The translations under genes were made by a program, and so were the position numbers. The notes beneath the pieces were generated by a model. It was not told the DNA's origin. It saw only the letters and a list, made by a program, of their open reading frames with translations, and made no database searches. Below, one piece after another: positions 18,113-26,460 of a DNA stretch of 33,173 nucleotides. This DNA is from Thermoproteota archaeon. Its GTDB lineage: Archaea; Thermoproteota; Thermoprotei_A; Sulfolobales; Ignisphaeraceae. The stretch lies in NCBI GenBank assembly GCA_030550585.1, contig JAUQPB010000006.1, positions 1-33,173 on the forward strand, in the 5' to 3' direction. The first letter of the stretch is position 1. The number at the start of each line of letters is the position of its first letter.

Positions 18113-18564
18113 TTATGGAACCATCCAAAGCCATGACACTCTTTTAAAGTCGTTGTCAAATGTAAGTATAGTGTCTATATCATAGTGTCTACAAGTTAAA
18201 GCTATTTGCGCGTCGTTGGGAAGAAGCTTAAACCCTTGAATTAATTGAACGTACCCATCATAGTTGAAATAATTGGTTACTATTTCAATGTTCATGTCTT
18301 TTAGAAAGGAATAAACAGCGTCTATCATCTCTTTAGAATACCCCTGCCTTGCAATCAAATTTCTTAGACTGTGCCTGCCTTTAGCTATATCCTTTGTTTG
18401 TAGTATTCATATGTTGCAACATAGAGTGCTTCGCTAATTGCAGTTCCTGAAATCACAAAGCGTGAGTTACGATAATCTTCTAGAAGTTGCTCGGCTAAGT
18501 CACTCTTCTCGGTTTCAAGAAGGATACTTAGTATGAAGTTAGTGTTAATATAGACCAGATTCAT
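18113..18564 (-). pseudogene. vapC: VapC (PIN-domain) toxin pseudogene
   Basis: ATG 18564 gives MNLVYINTNFILSILLE...ISEALY...YKQRI*; after a frameshift near 18390 it continues ...LLPNDAQIALTCRHYDIDTILTFDNDFKRV; the first PIN Asp reads as Asn (INTN). Confidence 0.85.
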
Positions 18565-18755
18565 TGTATATGGGCCTCTTCCTCAAGCTCCAACAACTCT
18601 TTAATCAAGGATCTTCCCAAGACCCCACGATACTTCCTAATCACCTTTCTTATATCGCGTTTAATAATAACTAACACCTCTTCACCCTTCTCTAAATCAA
18701 TTGGTCCAAAGGCTTAGGAACCCTTCTCATACCTTGCTAGTACGACCTTGGACAT
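18561..18755 (-). pseudogene. vapB: VapB antitoxin (AF2212/DUF104-like) pseudogene
   Basis: MSKVVLARYEKGS*AFGPIDLEKGEEVLVII...EEEAHIQ*; cf. family YExGVLKPLEPxDLxEGEEV; its stop overlaps the vapC start (ATGA). Confidence 0.8.
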
Positions 18756-18851
18756 TCAGCTACACCCAACTAATATATTGCTCTAAAAATTAAAGTATGC
18801 TACAGCATAATAATGTCTCTAGGCTCTATCGTTTTGCTAGGTGTTGGAGAA

Positions 18852-19592
18852 ATGTCTTTCAGGGCTTTGGCTTGGTGTGTAACTGGTGGTGGGGCTGGTC
18901 TTAGGGATGTTGTGAACGCTATGCAGAAGATTAAGGGAATTGGCAATGTTAGGATAACTGTTTTTCTCACTAGGTGGGGTTTTGAGGTTGCTAGGATATT
19001 TGGTGTTTTGCCTAGGATAAGGTCTATAGCTTCTGGTGGTTACTATGAGGAGTTTTTGGTTGGCGATGAGGGTATGTACTATATTGGGAGGTTGAATAGA
19101 AGGTCTTACAAGCTTCTTGTTGTAGCTCCTGCAACATCTAATAGTGTGGCGAAGTTTGTTCGCGGTATTGCAGATTCTGTTGCCTCGGCACTTTTCTCAC
19201 AGGCTATCAAAAGTGGTGTGCCGGTAGTTGTTTTGCCAACTGATATTCCGAATGAGATGGGTGTTATAGTGTCTGAGTCTCCGTGTTATGTGGATAGAGC
19301 TGTCTGTGCAGCTGTTGGTTGTAGAGAGTGTTCTGTTGTTGGTGTTTGCCCTGTTAATGCTATAAAGATTGTTGAGGGTGCTCCAAGGATAGATATTAGG
19401 TATTGTATTGGGTGTGAGAAATGCGTTTCTGCGTGCCCCCATGGAGCTGTTAGGTGCTGGGACAAGGTGTACTTGTCTCCAAATCCTGTAGATGTTGAGA
19501 ATATCGAGAGGTTGAAGAAGATGAAAAACGTCTATGTTGTTTCGAATGCCAGTCAGCTACTCGACACGATTCTAAGTATTTTGAATGGCTAA
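18852..19592 (+). CDS. dmrX: Dihydromethanopterin reductase DmrX-like iron-sulfur flavoprotein (HFCD/AfpA family)
   Basis: LAWCVTGGG, VAPATSNSVAKFVRGIADS, VLPTD, plus an inserted ferredoxin (CRECSVVGVCP, CIGCEKCVSACP); next to mpt genes. Confidence 0.8.
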   Translation: MSFRALAWCVTGGGAGLRDVVNAMQKIKGIGNVRITVFLTRWGFEVARIFGVLPRIRSIASGGYYEEFLVGDEGMYYIGRLNRRSYKLLVVAPATSNSVAKFVRGIADSVASALFSQAIKSGVPVVVLPTDIPNEMGVIVSESPCYVDRAVCAAVGCRECSVVGVCPVNAIKIVEGAPRIDIRYCIGCEKCVSACPHGAVRCWDKVYLSPNPVDVENIERLKKMKNVYVVSNASQLLDTILSILNG

Positions 19593-20756
19593 GGATTCTC
19601 TGCATAGCCTAGGCCTTGCAACTGTTTCTACATAGCTTCTGACAACCCTTCTCCTAAACTCCTCGGCTCTGGGGTGATAAACATAGTCTACAACTGTGCC
19701 ACAAGCCCTGTCTATACCCATGTGCCTAACGAGCTCGTTGAAGATCCCGCCCACAGCACCCTCGCCTATTGCTGCATATCCTTGGCCAGCCTCCTTACTT
19801 GTAGAAGCGCCTCTTAGTTGTTTAGATGGTATTATCTCTGCATCAGGTATATATTCCCTCAAAAGCTTTTGAACAAGGGGTATCTTGCTGTGGCGACCCG
19901 TCAAAACTATTGTATCTACTTTCTTCTCAACTGCAAGCATTCTGTATATGTCTTTGACAACCCCCTCTATATAGGCGAGGAAAAGCGATGCCAGAGGCTC
20001 TTCAGATTTCTCATAGGCCCTGGCAAAAACATTCAGATCGTATGTCCTTCCTATGTGGAATATACCACCGTAGAAAACATCCCACCTGCTCCAGCTACTT
20101 ACATGCGCAGCTATCTCAAGGTCTAGAGCACCACCTGTTAAAGTTCCTGTAGAAGCTATTGTGCCACCAACAGCATCTACAATCCTACCCTCTTTAACAG
20201 CTATAACAGCGTTATATCCATAGCCAAGCTCAACAACAAGAGCGTTTACATTGTTATATGGAATGCCCCTCTCCTGAGCTAGTGTATACACAGCTATGAA
20301 CGTTGCTGCAAGCTTGTCTGCAGTCCCCATATCAACCTTGTTTATCTTTCTGTGCACAGGTATTGTTGGGAGGAGCGTTATAGATGGGATGAATATTGCT
20401 TTCCCGCCATAGCTTTTAACAATATGTTCAACAACCTTGGCCAGAGCGTCGTAGACCCATATCCCAAGCTCCCCAGCCTTCACACCCTCCTCAATATCCT
20501 TCTCAGTACTCAGAAGAAGAACCTCAACAGCAAACCTCCTCGCATCTCTAACCTCATCACCAAAGGTTATCGGAACCCCATATCCAGAGGGGCCAACAAC
20601 ATAATCGGGGGCTGCAGCATCTATAGCCTCTATCAGAATAGCAGGGTTTTTAGCAACCTCAGCTGTTTCAAGACTCTTCTCATAAACTACTTTGCCATCC
20701 TCTATACAAACAACATCAAAGCTTTTCGTACCTGGATCAACACCCACAACCCTCAC
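19572..20756 (-). CDS. DUF1464 family protein (ASKHA / actin-like ATPase or kinase fold)
   Basis: VGVDPGTKSFD, GPSGYG, HRKINKVDMGTADK, VELGYGY, GALDLE, LTGR, KEAGQGYA; GTG 20756 has a GGTGA RBS. Confidence 0.8.
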   Translation of the reverse strand: MRVVGVDPGTKSFDVVCIEDGKVVYEKSLETAEVAKNPAILIEAIDAAAPDYVVGPSGYGVPITFGDEVRDARRFAVEVLLLSTEKDIEEGVKAGELGIWVYDALAKVVEHIVKSYGGKAIFIPSITLLPTIPVHRKINKVDMGTADKLAATFIAVYTLAQERGIPYNNVNALVVELGYGYNAVIAVKEGRIVDAVGGTIASTGTLTGGALDLEIAAHVSSWSRWDVFYGGIFHIGRTYDLNVFARAYEKSEEPLASLFLAYIEGVVKDIYRMLAVEKKVDTIVLTGRHSKIPLVQKLLREYIPDAEIIPSKQLRGASTSKEAGQGYAAIGEGAVGGIFNELVRHMGIDRACGTVVDYVYHPRAEEFRRRVVRSYVETVARPRLCRESLAIQNT

Positions 20757-20763
20757 AACATAT

Positions 20764-21402
20764 TCACCTAGAGACATTGCCTTCTTCCATAAGTCTTTTG
20801 GCAGAGCTATATATGCTCTCCACAACCTTTCTGTGACTCTCATCAGAAGAGCTTCTATAGACAGTTTCTCTAAGCATCGCTATGAATTCGAATGCCCATC
20901 TCCTCTCATCATCTCTGAGAAAAGGCATTTTGGTTAGCCAAACAAGAGCCTCTACTATAGCTGCAGAAGCTCTTGTGAAGACCCTTGGCACCCTCCTGAA
21001 AACCCTTATCCTAACCGGCCTTAGAAAAACCTCTACAAAGTCTCCACCATCCAAAACCCTTTCAATGCTTGTATCTATATAGGCGTCACAGACGCTGCGA
21101 AGGCATATTCCATTCTTGAAGCACTCAACAAGCCTCTCCTTATCGAATATAGAGTTGTAGAAAGCTATTGGGTCTAGGGATACACATATCCCACAACTAA
21201 TATCGCTAGCACTAGAACTTTTAAGAATTTTGTATGCTGTAGAGGATTTAAATACCCTGCCATAGAGGTTTTCAGAAGCGATTTTAAGACCCATGGCCAT
21301 GACATAAACAGTTTCTCCAGCAGCGAAAAAGGCTATCGTCTCCCCAAATACATTCTCCGAGAAGCCGAGCCTTCTAAGCCTCTCGACAATTCTCTGAGCC
21401 AA
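20764..21402 (-). CDS. DUF447 family protein (predicted split-barrel fold)
   Basis: ETI...AMG...FKSSTAY, DPIAFY and FTRASAAIVEALVWLTK resemble DUF447 (FNRA..A.IEA.V..TR); start uncertain. Confidence 0.65.
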   Translation of the reverse strand: MAQRIVERLRRLGFSENVFGETIAFFAAGETVYVMAMGLKIASENLYGRVFKSSTAYKILKSSSASDISCGICVSLDPIAFYNSIFDKERLVECFKNGICLRSVCDAYIDTSIERVLDGGDFVEVFLRPVRIRVFRRVPRVFTRASAAIVEALVWLTKMPFLRDDERRWAFEFIAMLRETVYRSSSDESHRKVVESIYSSAKRLMEEGNVSR

Positions 21403-21484
21403 TGAAAACCCCCGATCACCTTATTTGTTGCCTAAAAATAATAAGGTTGTTGCAGTGCTTGCAAAAGCTTTTTGGTGTAGCTAT

Positions 21485-22264
21485 ATGGGGACATGGCTAA
21501 ACGCTTTTAGGGGCTTTGCCGATTGGTGGATAATATACCTCGATATTGTTGAGAAGCTTGGGATAGACCCTAAATGGGATAGACTGGCAACGGAAATTGC
21601 ATATAGAATAGCATACTTTTCTGACCCCCCTCTAGAAACACTAAAATCTCTGATCATTGGGCAGAGAGTTGTTGTGTTTGGGGCTGGACACAATCTAGAA
21701 AACCACATCAACATGGTTGTCAGAAGCCCCAAGTGGAGAAAAGCAGTTTTCATAGCGGCTGACGGAGCCTCGAAAGCTCTTTTAGAAAATGGTCTAGAAC
21801 CACATATAGTTGTAACAGATTTGGATGGGGATCTAAAATACATTTGGAGATCCGTTGAAGAGGGCTCGATACCTGTTGTACATGTCCACGGAGACAACAT
21901 AGATGTTGTCACAAGGTTTCTGTATGAGATTGTGAAAAGTGGTAGGAGATTTGTTGTGACAACTCAGATAGAGCCCATGTACCCTATAATGAATTTTGGG
22001 GGCTTTACAGACGGTGACAGGGCTTTTGCCATAGCAGTTCTATTCAATGCATATGAGATTCTTCTCGCAGGTATGGACTTTGGGGACATTGTTGGAAGGT
22101 ATTCGAAGCCTTGGCTGAAAACACATGAGAAGGCGTCTCCAAGAAAAAAGATTAAGCTGGATATAGCATATGAGATAGTGTCCATGCTCTCTTGTGAAGC
22201 GAGATCTAAAATCTATACGCTATCGGATACAGCACCTAGATGCGTTTCAAAAATATCTCTATAG
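21485..22264 (+). CDS. mptE: 6-hydroxymethyl-7,8-dihydropterin pyrophosphokinase MptE
   Basis: VFGAG, AADGA, VVTDLDG, VHVHGDN, NFGGFTDGDRA, LAGMDFG; ATG 21485 has a GGTG RBS. Confidence 0.9.
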   Translation: MGTWLNAFRGFADWWIIYLDIVEKLGIDPKWDRLATEIAYRIAYFSDPPLETLKSLIIGQRVVVFGAGHNLENHINMVVRSPKWRKAVFIAADGASKALLENGLEPHIVVTDLDGDLKYIWRSVEEGSIPVVHVHGDNIDVVTRFLYEIVKSGRRFVVTTQIEPMYPIMNFGGFTDGDRAFAIAVLFNAYEILLAGMDFGDIVGRYSKPWLKTHEKASPRKKIKLDIAYEIVSMLSCEARSKIYTLSDTAPRCVSKISL

Positions 22265-22326
22265 AAAGTTGGGTATCAGCAAAAACATAAATATCTTGCA
22301 TTTCATCATCTCACTAGGAGAGAGAA

Positions 22327-23310
22327 ATGGCTAGCGTATTAGTCGAGTCATCGGCTAGGCTCCACCTAGGATTCTACAACTTTTACGAGGATGGCATTGC
22401 CTATGGAGGTCTAGGCGTTGCTATAGAAGCTCCAACAGTTTGTGTAAGGGTCTTCAAGTCCGATACCACCATAGTTTTAAACAGAACAGATGCTGATGTT
22501 GGAGATGCTGTAAATGCTGTTAGAAGGGGTCTTGGGATCGAGGGATTCGGTGTCGAGATTCTAAAGGCTATACCGAGGCACGTTGGTCTTGGCTCAACAA
22601 CACAAACAGTTCTCTCTATAGGCTATGGAGTCTCCAAGCTCTATGGCCTTGGACACACTGTTAGGGAATTGGCATACAGACTTGGCAGAGGGAGAGACTC
22701 TGGAATAGGCATAGCAACCTTCGAGTTCGGTGGATTTGTAGTGGATTCTGGGAGAGTTGCTAAAAATGGTTTTGTCGAGTTACCTAAGTCTGTTAACGAT
22801 TTGCCTCAGATAATCTTTAGGCATAGTGTCCCCAGAGACTGGTACTTCATATTGTTTATCCCAAGGGGTGTTAAGGGATTGGATGAAAGAAGTGAGAGGA
22901 GAGCCATGGACAGCCCAGAGCCCCTCTCACCAGAGACTCAGAGAGAGCTTTACAAACTGGTTTTGCTACACATCATACCATCTATTGTAGCTGGGGATGT
23001 GGAGAGATTTGGAAAGGCTCTAACAAAACTACAGTTTATTGTGGGAGGGTACTTCTCAAAGTTTCAGAAGGGTGTATTCTGCTGCGAAGAATCTGAATAC
23101 ATCGTCAACTCGCTTCTCAAACACGGTGCTTGTGGTGCTGGGCAGAGTAGCTGGGGGCCAACAGTCTACGGAGTTGTGAAGGGGCGTAGAAAGGCATTGA
23201 AAATTTTGGCAAGGGTTCTAAAAGACATTGACTCAAAGGGTTTTGAAGTTGATTATCATGTTGTTAGAGCTCGCAACAGGGGGGCTTCAGCAACTGTTTC
23301 ACAAGTTTAG
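22327..23310 (+). CDS. mptG: beta-ribofuranosylaminobenzene 5'-phosphate (RFAP) synthase
   Basis: ARLHLG, IPRHVGLGSTTQ, GRGRDSGIG..FEFGGFVVDSG, GQSSWGPTVY. Confidence 0.93.
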   Translation: MASVLVESSARLHLGFYNFYEDGIAYGGLGVAIEAPTVCVRVFKSDTTIVLNRTDADVGDAVNAVRRGLGIEGFGVEILKAIPRHVGLGSTTQTVLSIGYGVSKLYGLGHTVRELAYRLGRGRDSGIGIATFEFGGFVVDSGRVAKNGFVELPKSVNDLPQIIFRHSVPRDWYFILFIPRGVKGLDERSERRAMDSPEPLSPETQRELYKLVLLHIIPSIVAGDVERFGKALTKLQFIVGGYFSKFQKGVFCCEESEYIVNSLLKHGACGAGQSSWGPTVYGVVKGRRKALKILARVLKDIDSKGFEVDYHVVRARNRGASATVSQV

Positions 23311-24201
23311 CGAACTGTTTTTCTGGTTGCTCTCCTCGAATATTTTTCTAAGTTCTTCTATGGTGTAGCCAGCCTCTGCATAGAGGTTGTATGGGTGTAT
23401 GCTCTCATAGCTAACAACCTTCACCACTATCCTAGCATCCTTATCTAGACCATCTCTACACAGCTTGTAGATATTGTACATGGCTTCTCTAACAACATCC
23501 TCGACAAATCTAGGCGTTGAAAAAGCCTTTTTAACAAGCCTATACTCATTAACTCTTTTGAGCATGAAGTAGAGTGGTGCTGAAAAAGCATTTAAACCCG
23601 CTTCTACAAGTCTTCTGATATCAATTGTCTTCTCACCTCTTGAAACAACTGTTGCTATAAGCTTTGCCCTCTGGCTATGCGATGGAACGTGAGGCGCTTG
23701 GAGATTCTCTAAGAAGGCGTAGACTTGTTGCACACATGGGCAAACAGTCATCCCCTTGATCTCTACAGATATCGAGTTTAGCTGATGACCGTTTCTATCA
23801 ACCTCAACCATTATGCGTATTTTCACAGGTATGTGATCCTCTACACCAACAAAATCGTCTCTTACTCTATGGAGATAAACAGTTTTCAGCGATGTAGAAG
23901 CCTTCAAAGCGTATTCATGTGACTTAAGCAAGTTCTTCGCCAGTATCTTGAGATAGTCTTCAAGCCTGTTTACATCGCCACTAGCAGACTCTTCAAATGA
24001 TTTTATAACAGCTTCTATGCTTCTAGAAACGTGTACTCCCCTCTGGGTCTTTGGAAGATCTATACAGGCATCCACTTTAACATCTAGGCAATAGCTATTT
24101 CCACTACCCCCTAGACAAACCCTTCTATAAACCCCCTTCACACAGACCTTATCTATATCGAGAGGTACTACAGGGGTAGATCTCTGAACATCTGGCAACA
24201 A
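23299..24201 (-). CDS. mptA: GTP cyclohydrolase MptA (FolE2 family)
   Basis: LPDVQ, RGVHVSR, GMTVCPC, SHSQR, LKRVNE, PRFVEDVVR, ESIHPYN. Confidence 0.9.
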   Translation of the reverse strand: MLPDVQRSTPVVPLDIDKVCVKGVYRRVCLGGSGNSYCLDVKVDACIDLPKTQRGVHVSRSIEAVIKSFEESASGDVNRLEDYLKILAKNLLKSHEYALKASTSLKTVYLHRVRDDFVGVEDHIPVKIRIMVEVDRNGHQLNSISVEIKGMTVCPCVQQVYAFLENLQAPHVPSHSQRAKLIATVVSRGEKTIDIRRLVEAGLNAFSAPLYFMLKRVNEYRLVKKAFSTPRFVEDVVREAMYNIYKLCRDGLDKDARIVVKVVSYESIHPYNLYAEAGYTIEELRKIFEESNQKNSSLNL

Positions 24202-24291
24202 GTTTGATGACCAACAAATCTAAAGCAAAACAGAATATATTTCTAGCGCTAGATACAACCAACACAAGAAATGCTGTAAGGCGATATTGAT

Positions 24292-24693
24292 ATGCAAGAT
24301 GATCCAGCATCAAAATATTTCTCGCCGAAGGTAACAGATAGGGAGAGGGCAGCTTTCGAAGCGGGTATAGCAATTGGTATGGCAATACACCAATTCACTG
24401 GAATTCCAATAAGATTTAGAGAAGAGGTAGAACATCTCGAAAAAGCTATAGAATATGCGATCATGTCCCAACCATACAAAAAATTCGCCAAAGTCAAGAT
24501 AGACATTGAGATACCTCCAAATGAGAACCCATATAGATACACAACACTAAGATCGAGCAACATGGATATAACAGTTGTTGTCGAATATGGAAAAGCGTAT
24601 GTGAAAGCCCGTCTAAGATACATACCTGAACTGAGCTACACCCTTGCATACATAGAGGACATTGGAGAGATCAGAGAGGAGACCCAGAGGTAG
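24292..24693 (+). CDS. mptD: Archaeal dihydroneopterin aldolase MptD
   Basis: TDRERAAFEAGIAIG..HQFTGIP, LEKAIE...QPY, YIPELSYTLAYI. Confidence 0.9.
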   Translation: MQDDPASKYFSPKVTDRERAAFEAGIAIGMAIHQFTGIPIRFREEVEHLEKAIEYAIMSQPYKKFAKVKIDIEIPPNENPYRYTTLRSSNMDITVVVEYGKAYVKARLRYIPELSYTLAYIEDIGEIREETQR

Positions 24694-24761
24694 CCAGCTC
24701 TTGATTATCTAGGCTGGCAATTTTTACTGCTTGCTAAGTAGAAAGCCTGTTTTGAATATTG

Positions 24762-25559
24762 TCAGGGAACTTCAATGGGATTTGAAAGAAGTTTGTTTGC
24801 CAGTGTGTTTAGAGATGATATTGTGATTGCTATGACTGTTACCGGTGCTAGCAACAGGTAGGGGGCTGTAAATATATACTCTCTATACTCGGCAATCATG
24901 TTTCCAAGTGTTGGTGTTGGGGGTTGTACTCCTAGCCCCAAGATGCTTAGAGACGCTTCGAATGCAATGGCATCTGATAGAAGGTATATTGATGTGGTTA
25001 GCAAGGGTTTTGCAAGCTCCCAGACGATATATCTAGTGATGATCCAGCTTGTAGATGCTCCCAAAGCCTTTGCAGCCTCTATATATGGCTTAGTCAAAAT
25101 CTCTTTGGCGGCGGATCTAGAGAATCTGTAGAATATTGGCGCTAGGCTCAACCCAATGGCTATTGAAGCTCCAATTACATTGGGGCCTACAACAATGGAT
25201 ATAGCTGCTGCTGTGAAGAGACCTGGGATAGTGTAGATGGTGTTGAAGAGTATTGAGAGAGCGGAGTCTATATACCCACCAGCAATAGCCGATAGGCCTC
25301 CTAGTACAACGCCTAGAGAAAACGCTATTGCAAGCGAGAGTGCTGCTACTGCAAGGGAGTATCTAATGGCGTATAAGAGTCTTGTGAAAACGTCTCGCCC
25401 CAGAGAATCTGTTCCAAGAATGTGTTGTGTGGATGGGGGTGCCAACCTATTTGAAAGGTCTATGGCTGTTGAAGAATATTTTGTGAATAGCTGCGGAAAG
25501 AGGGAAACAATGATCTCGGCAACGATAATGGCTATAGCTATTTTGGGCCAGACCCCCAT
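24762..25559 (-). CDS. Dpp/Opp/Nik-type ABC permease, DppC-like
   Basis: PPS..HILGTDSLGRD, YIEAAKALGAS, EASLSILGLGVQPPTPTLG; TAATG overlap with the upstream permease. Confidence 0.92.
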   Translation of the reverse strand: MGVWPKIAIAIIVAEIIVSLFPQLFTKYSSTAIDLSNRLAPPSTQHILGTDSLGRDVFTRLLYAIRYSLAVAALSLAIAFSLGVVLGGLSAIAGGYIDSALSILFNTIYTIPGLFTAAAISIVVGPNVIGASIAIGLSLAPIFYRFSRSAAKEILTKPYIEAAKALGASTSWIITRYIVWELAKPLLTTSIYLLSDAIAFEASLSILGLGVQPPTPTLGNMIAEYREYIFTAPYLLLAPVTVIAITISSLNTLANKLLSNPIEVP

Positions 25560-26458
25560 TAGCTAGACCCCCTTAGCCTCGGATCCATGTATATATGCAG
25601 AATGTCTGAGACCATGTTCAGAGTTGCCAGAATTATTGAAACAGTTGCTGCCCAGCCAATCAAAACTGGGTAGTCTCTAGATGAAAATGCTTGGAGGAGG
25701 AGAAGACCCATCCCAGGGTAGGCAAAAATAGCTTCTGTAGCCATTGCCCCAGCTATTATCAGCCCAGCTCTATAGAAAACTGTTGTGAGGTAGATGGGCA
25801 GCACATATCTCAGTGCCTTTAGAAAAATCCTGTTTCTCGTCATGCCCAATGCAATATATGCGCCTATGAAGGGCTCTGAATAGGCTTTCTCCAAAAGGCT
25901 CTGGAGAATCTTGTAGAAAACCCCTGTCCCAGCAACAACAAGTGTGGTCAGAGGTAGCCCTATCCCCCCAAAGCCAACAGGCTTTTTGGTGAGGGCTAGG
26001 ACAGCCATTATGGTTACACCCCAGACAGATGTGGGCATCGACGATGATAGCGTTGAGATTGCTGTTGGAAGGAGTGCAATGTCTCTAGCCATGGATAGAT
26101 AGGCAAGCGCTATACACACAAGCGTTGTTATAACTGTTGCTAGAATAGATAGCTTCAAAGAATTCAACAGGCTCTTGAAGACGACTTGGGTAACCGGCTC
26201 AGCAAAAAATATTGATCTCCCCCAATCACCCGTGAAAATCCTTTTCCAATATATGAGAACTTGCATATACAGCGGCTTGTCGAGGCCTAGCCTAGATTCA
26301 ATAGCTTTTCTGACCTCTTCGGACGGCTGTTGCTCACCGTATAGAACGGTTATTGGGTCTCCTGGAAAAAGCCTTGCAATCAAATATATGAGTGCAGTGG
26401 CTATAAGCAGAGTTGCAAAGGCTTTTGCAACGCCATTCGCTATTAGACTCCAAAACAT
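25559..26458 (-). CDS. Dpp/Opp/Nik-type ABC permease, DppB-like
   Basis: PGDP, LGLDKPL..Q, GDWGRS, TEAIFAYPGMG, RDYPV, DPRLR. Confidence 0.92.
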   Translation of the reverse strand: MFWSLIANGVAKAFATLLIATALIYLIARLFPGDPITVLYGEQQPSEEVRKAIESRLGLDKPLYMQVLIYWKRIFTGDWGRSIFFAEPVTQVVFKSLLNSLKLSILATVITTLVCIALAYLSMARDIALLPTAISTLSSSMPTSVWGVTIMAVLALTKKPVGFGGIGLPLTTLVVAGTGVFYKILQSLLEKAYSEPFIGAYIALGMTRNRIFLKALRYVLPIYLTTVFYRAGLIIAGAMATEAIFAYPGMGLLLLQAFSSRDYPVLIGWAATVSIILATLNMVSDILHIYMDPRLRGSS

Positions 26459-26460
26459 CT

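Noticed and set aside
17556-18755. Intact mobile element or provirus around the protease and vapBC
   Set aside because: No integrase, transposase, terminal repeats or tRNA attachment site seen
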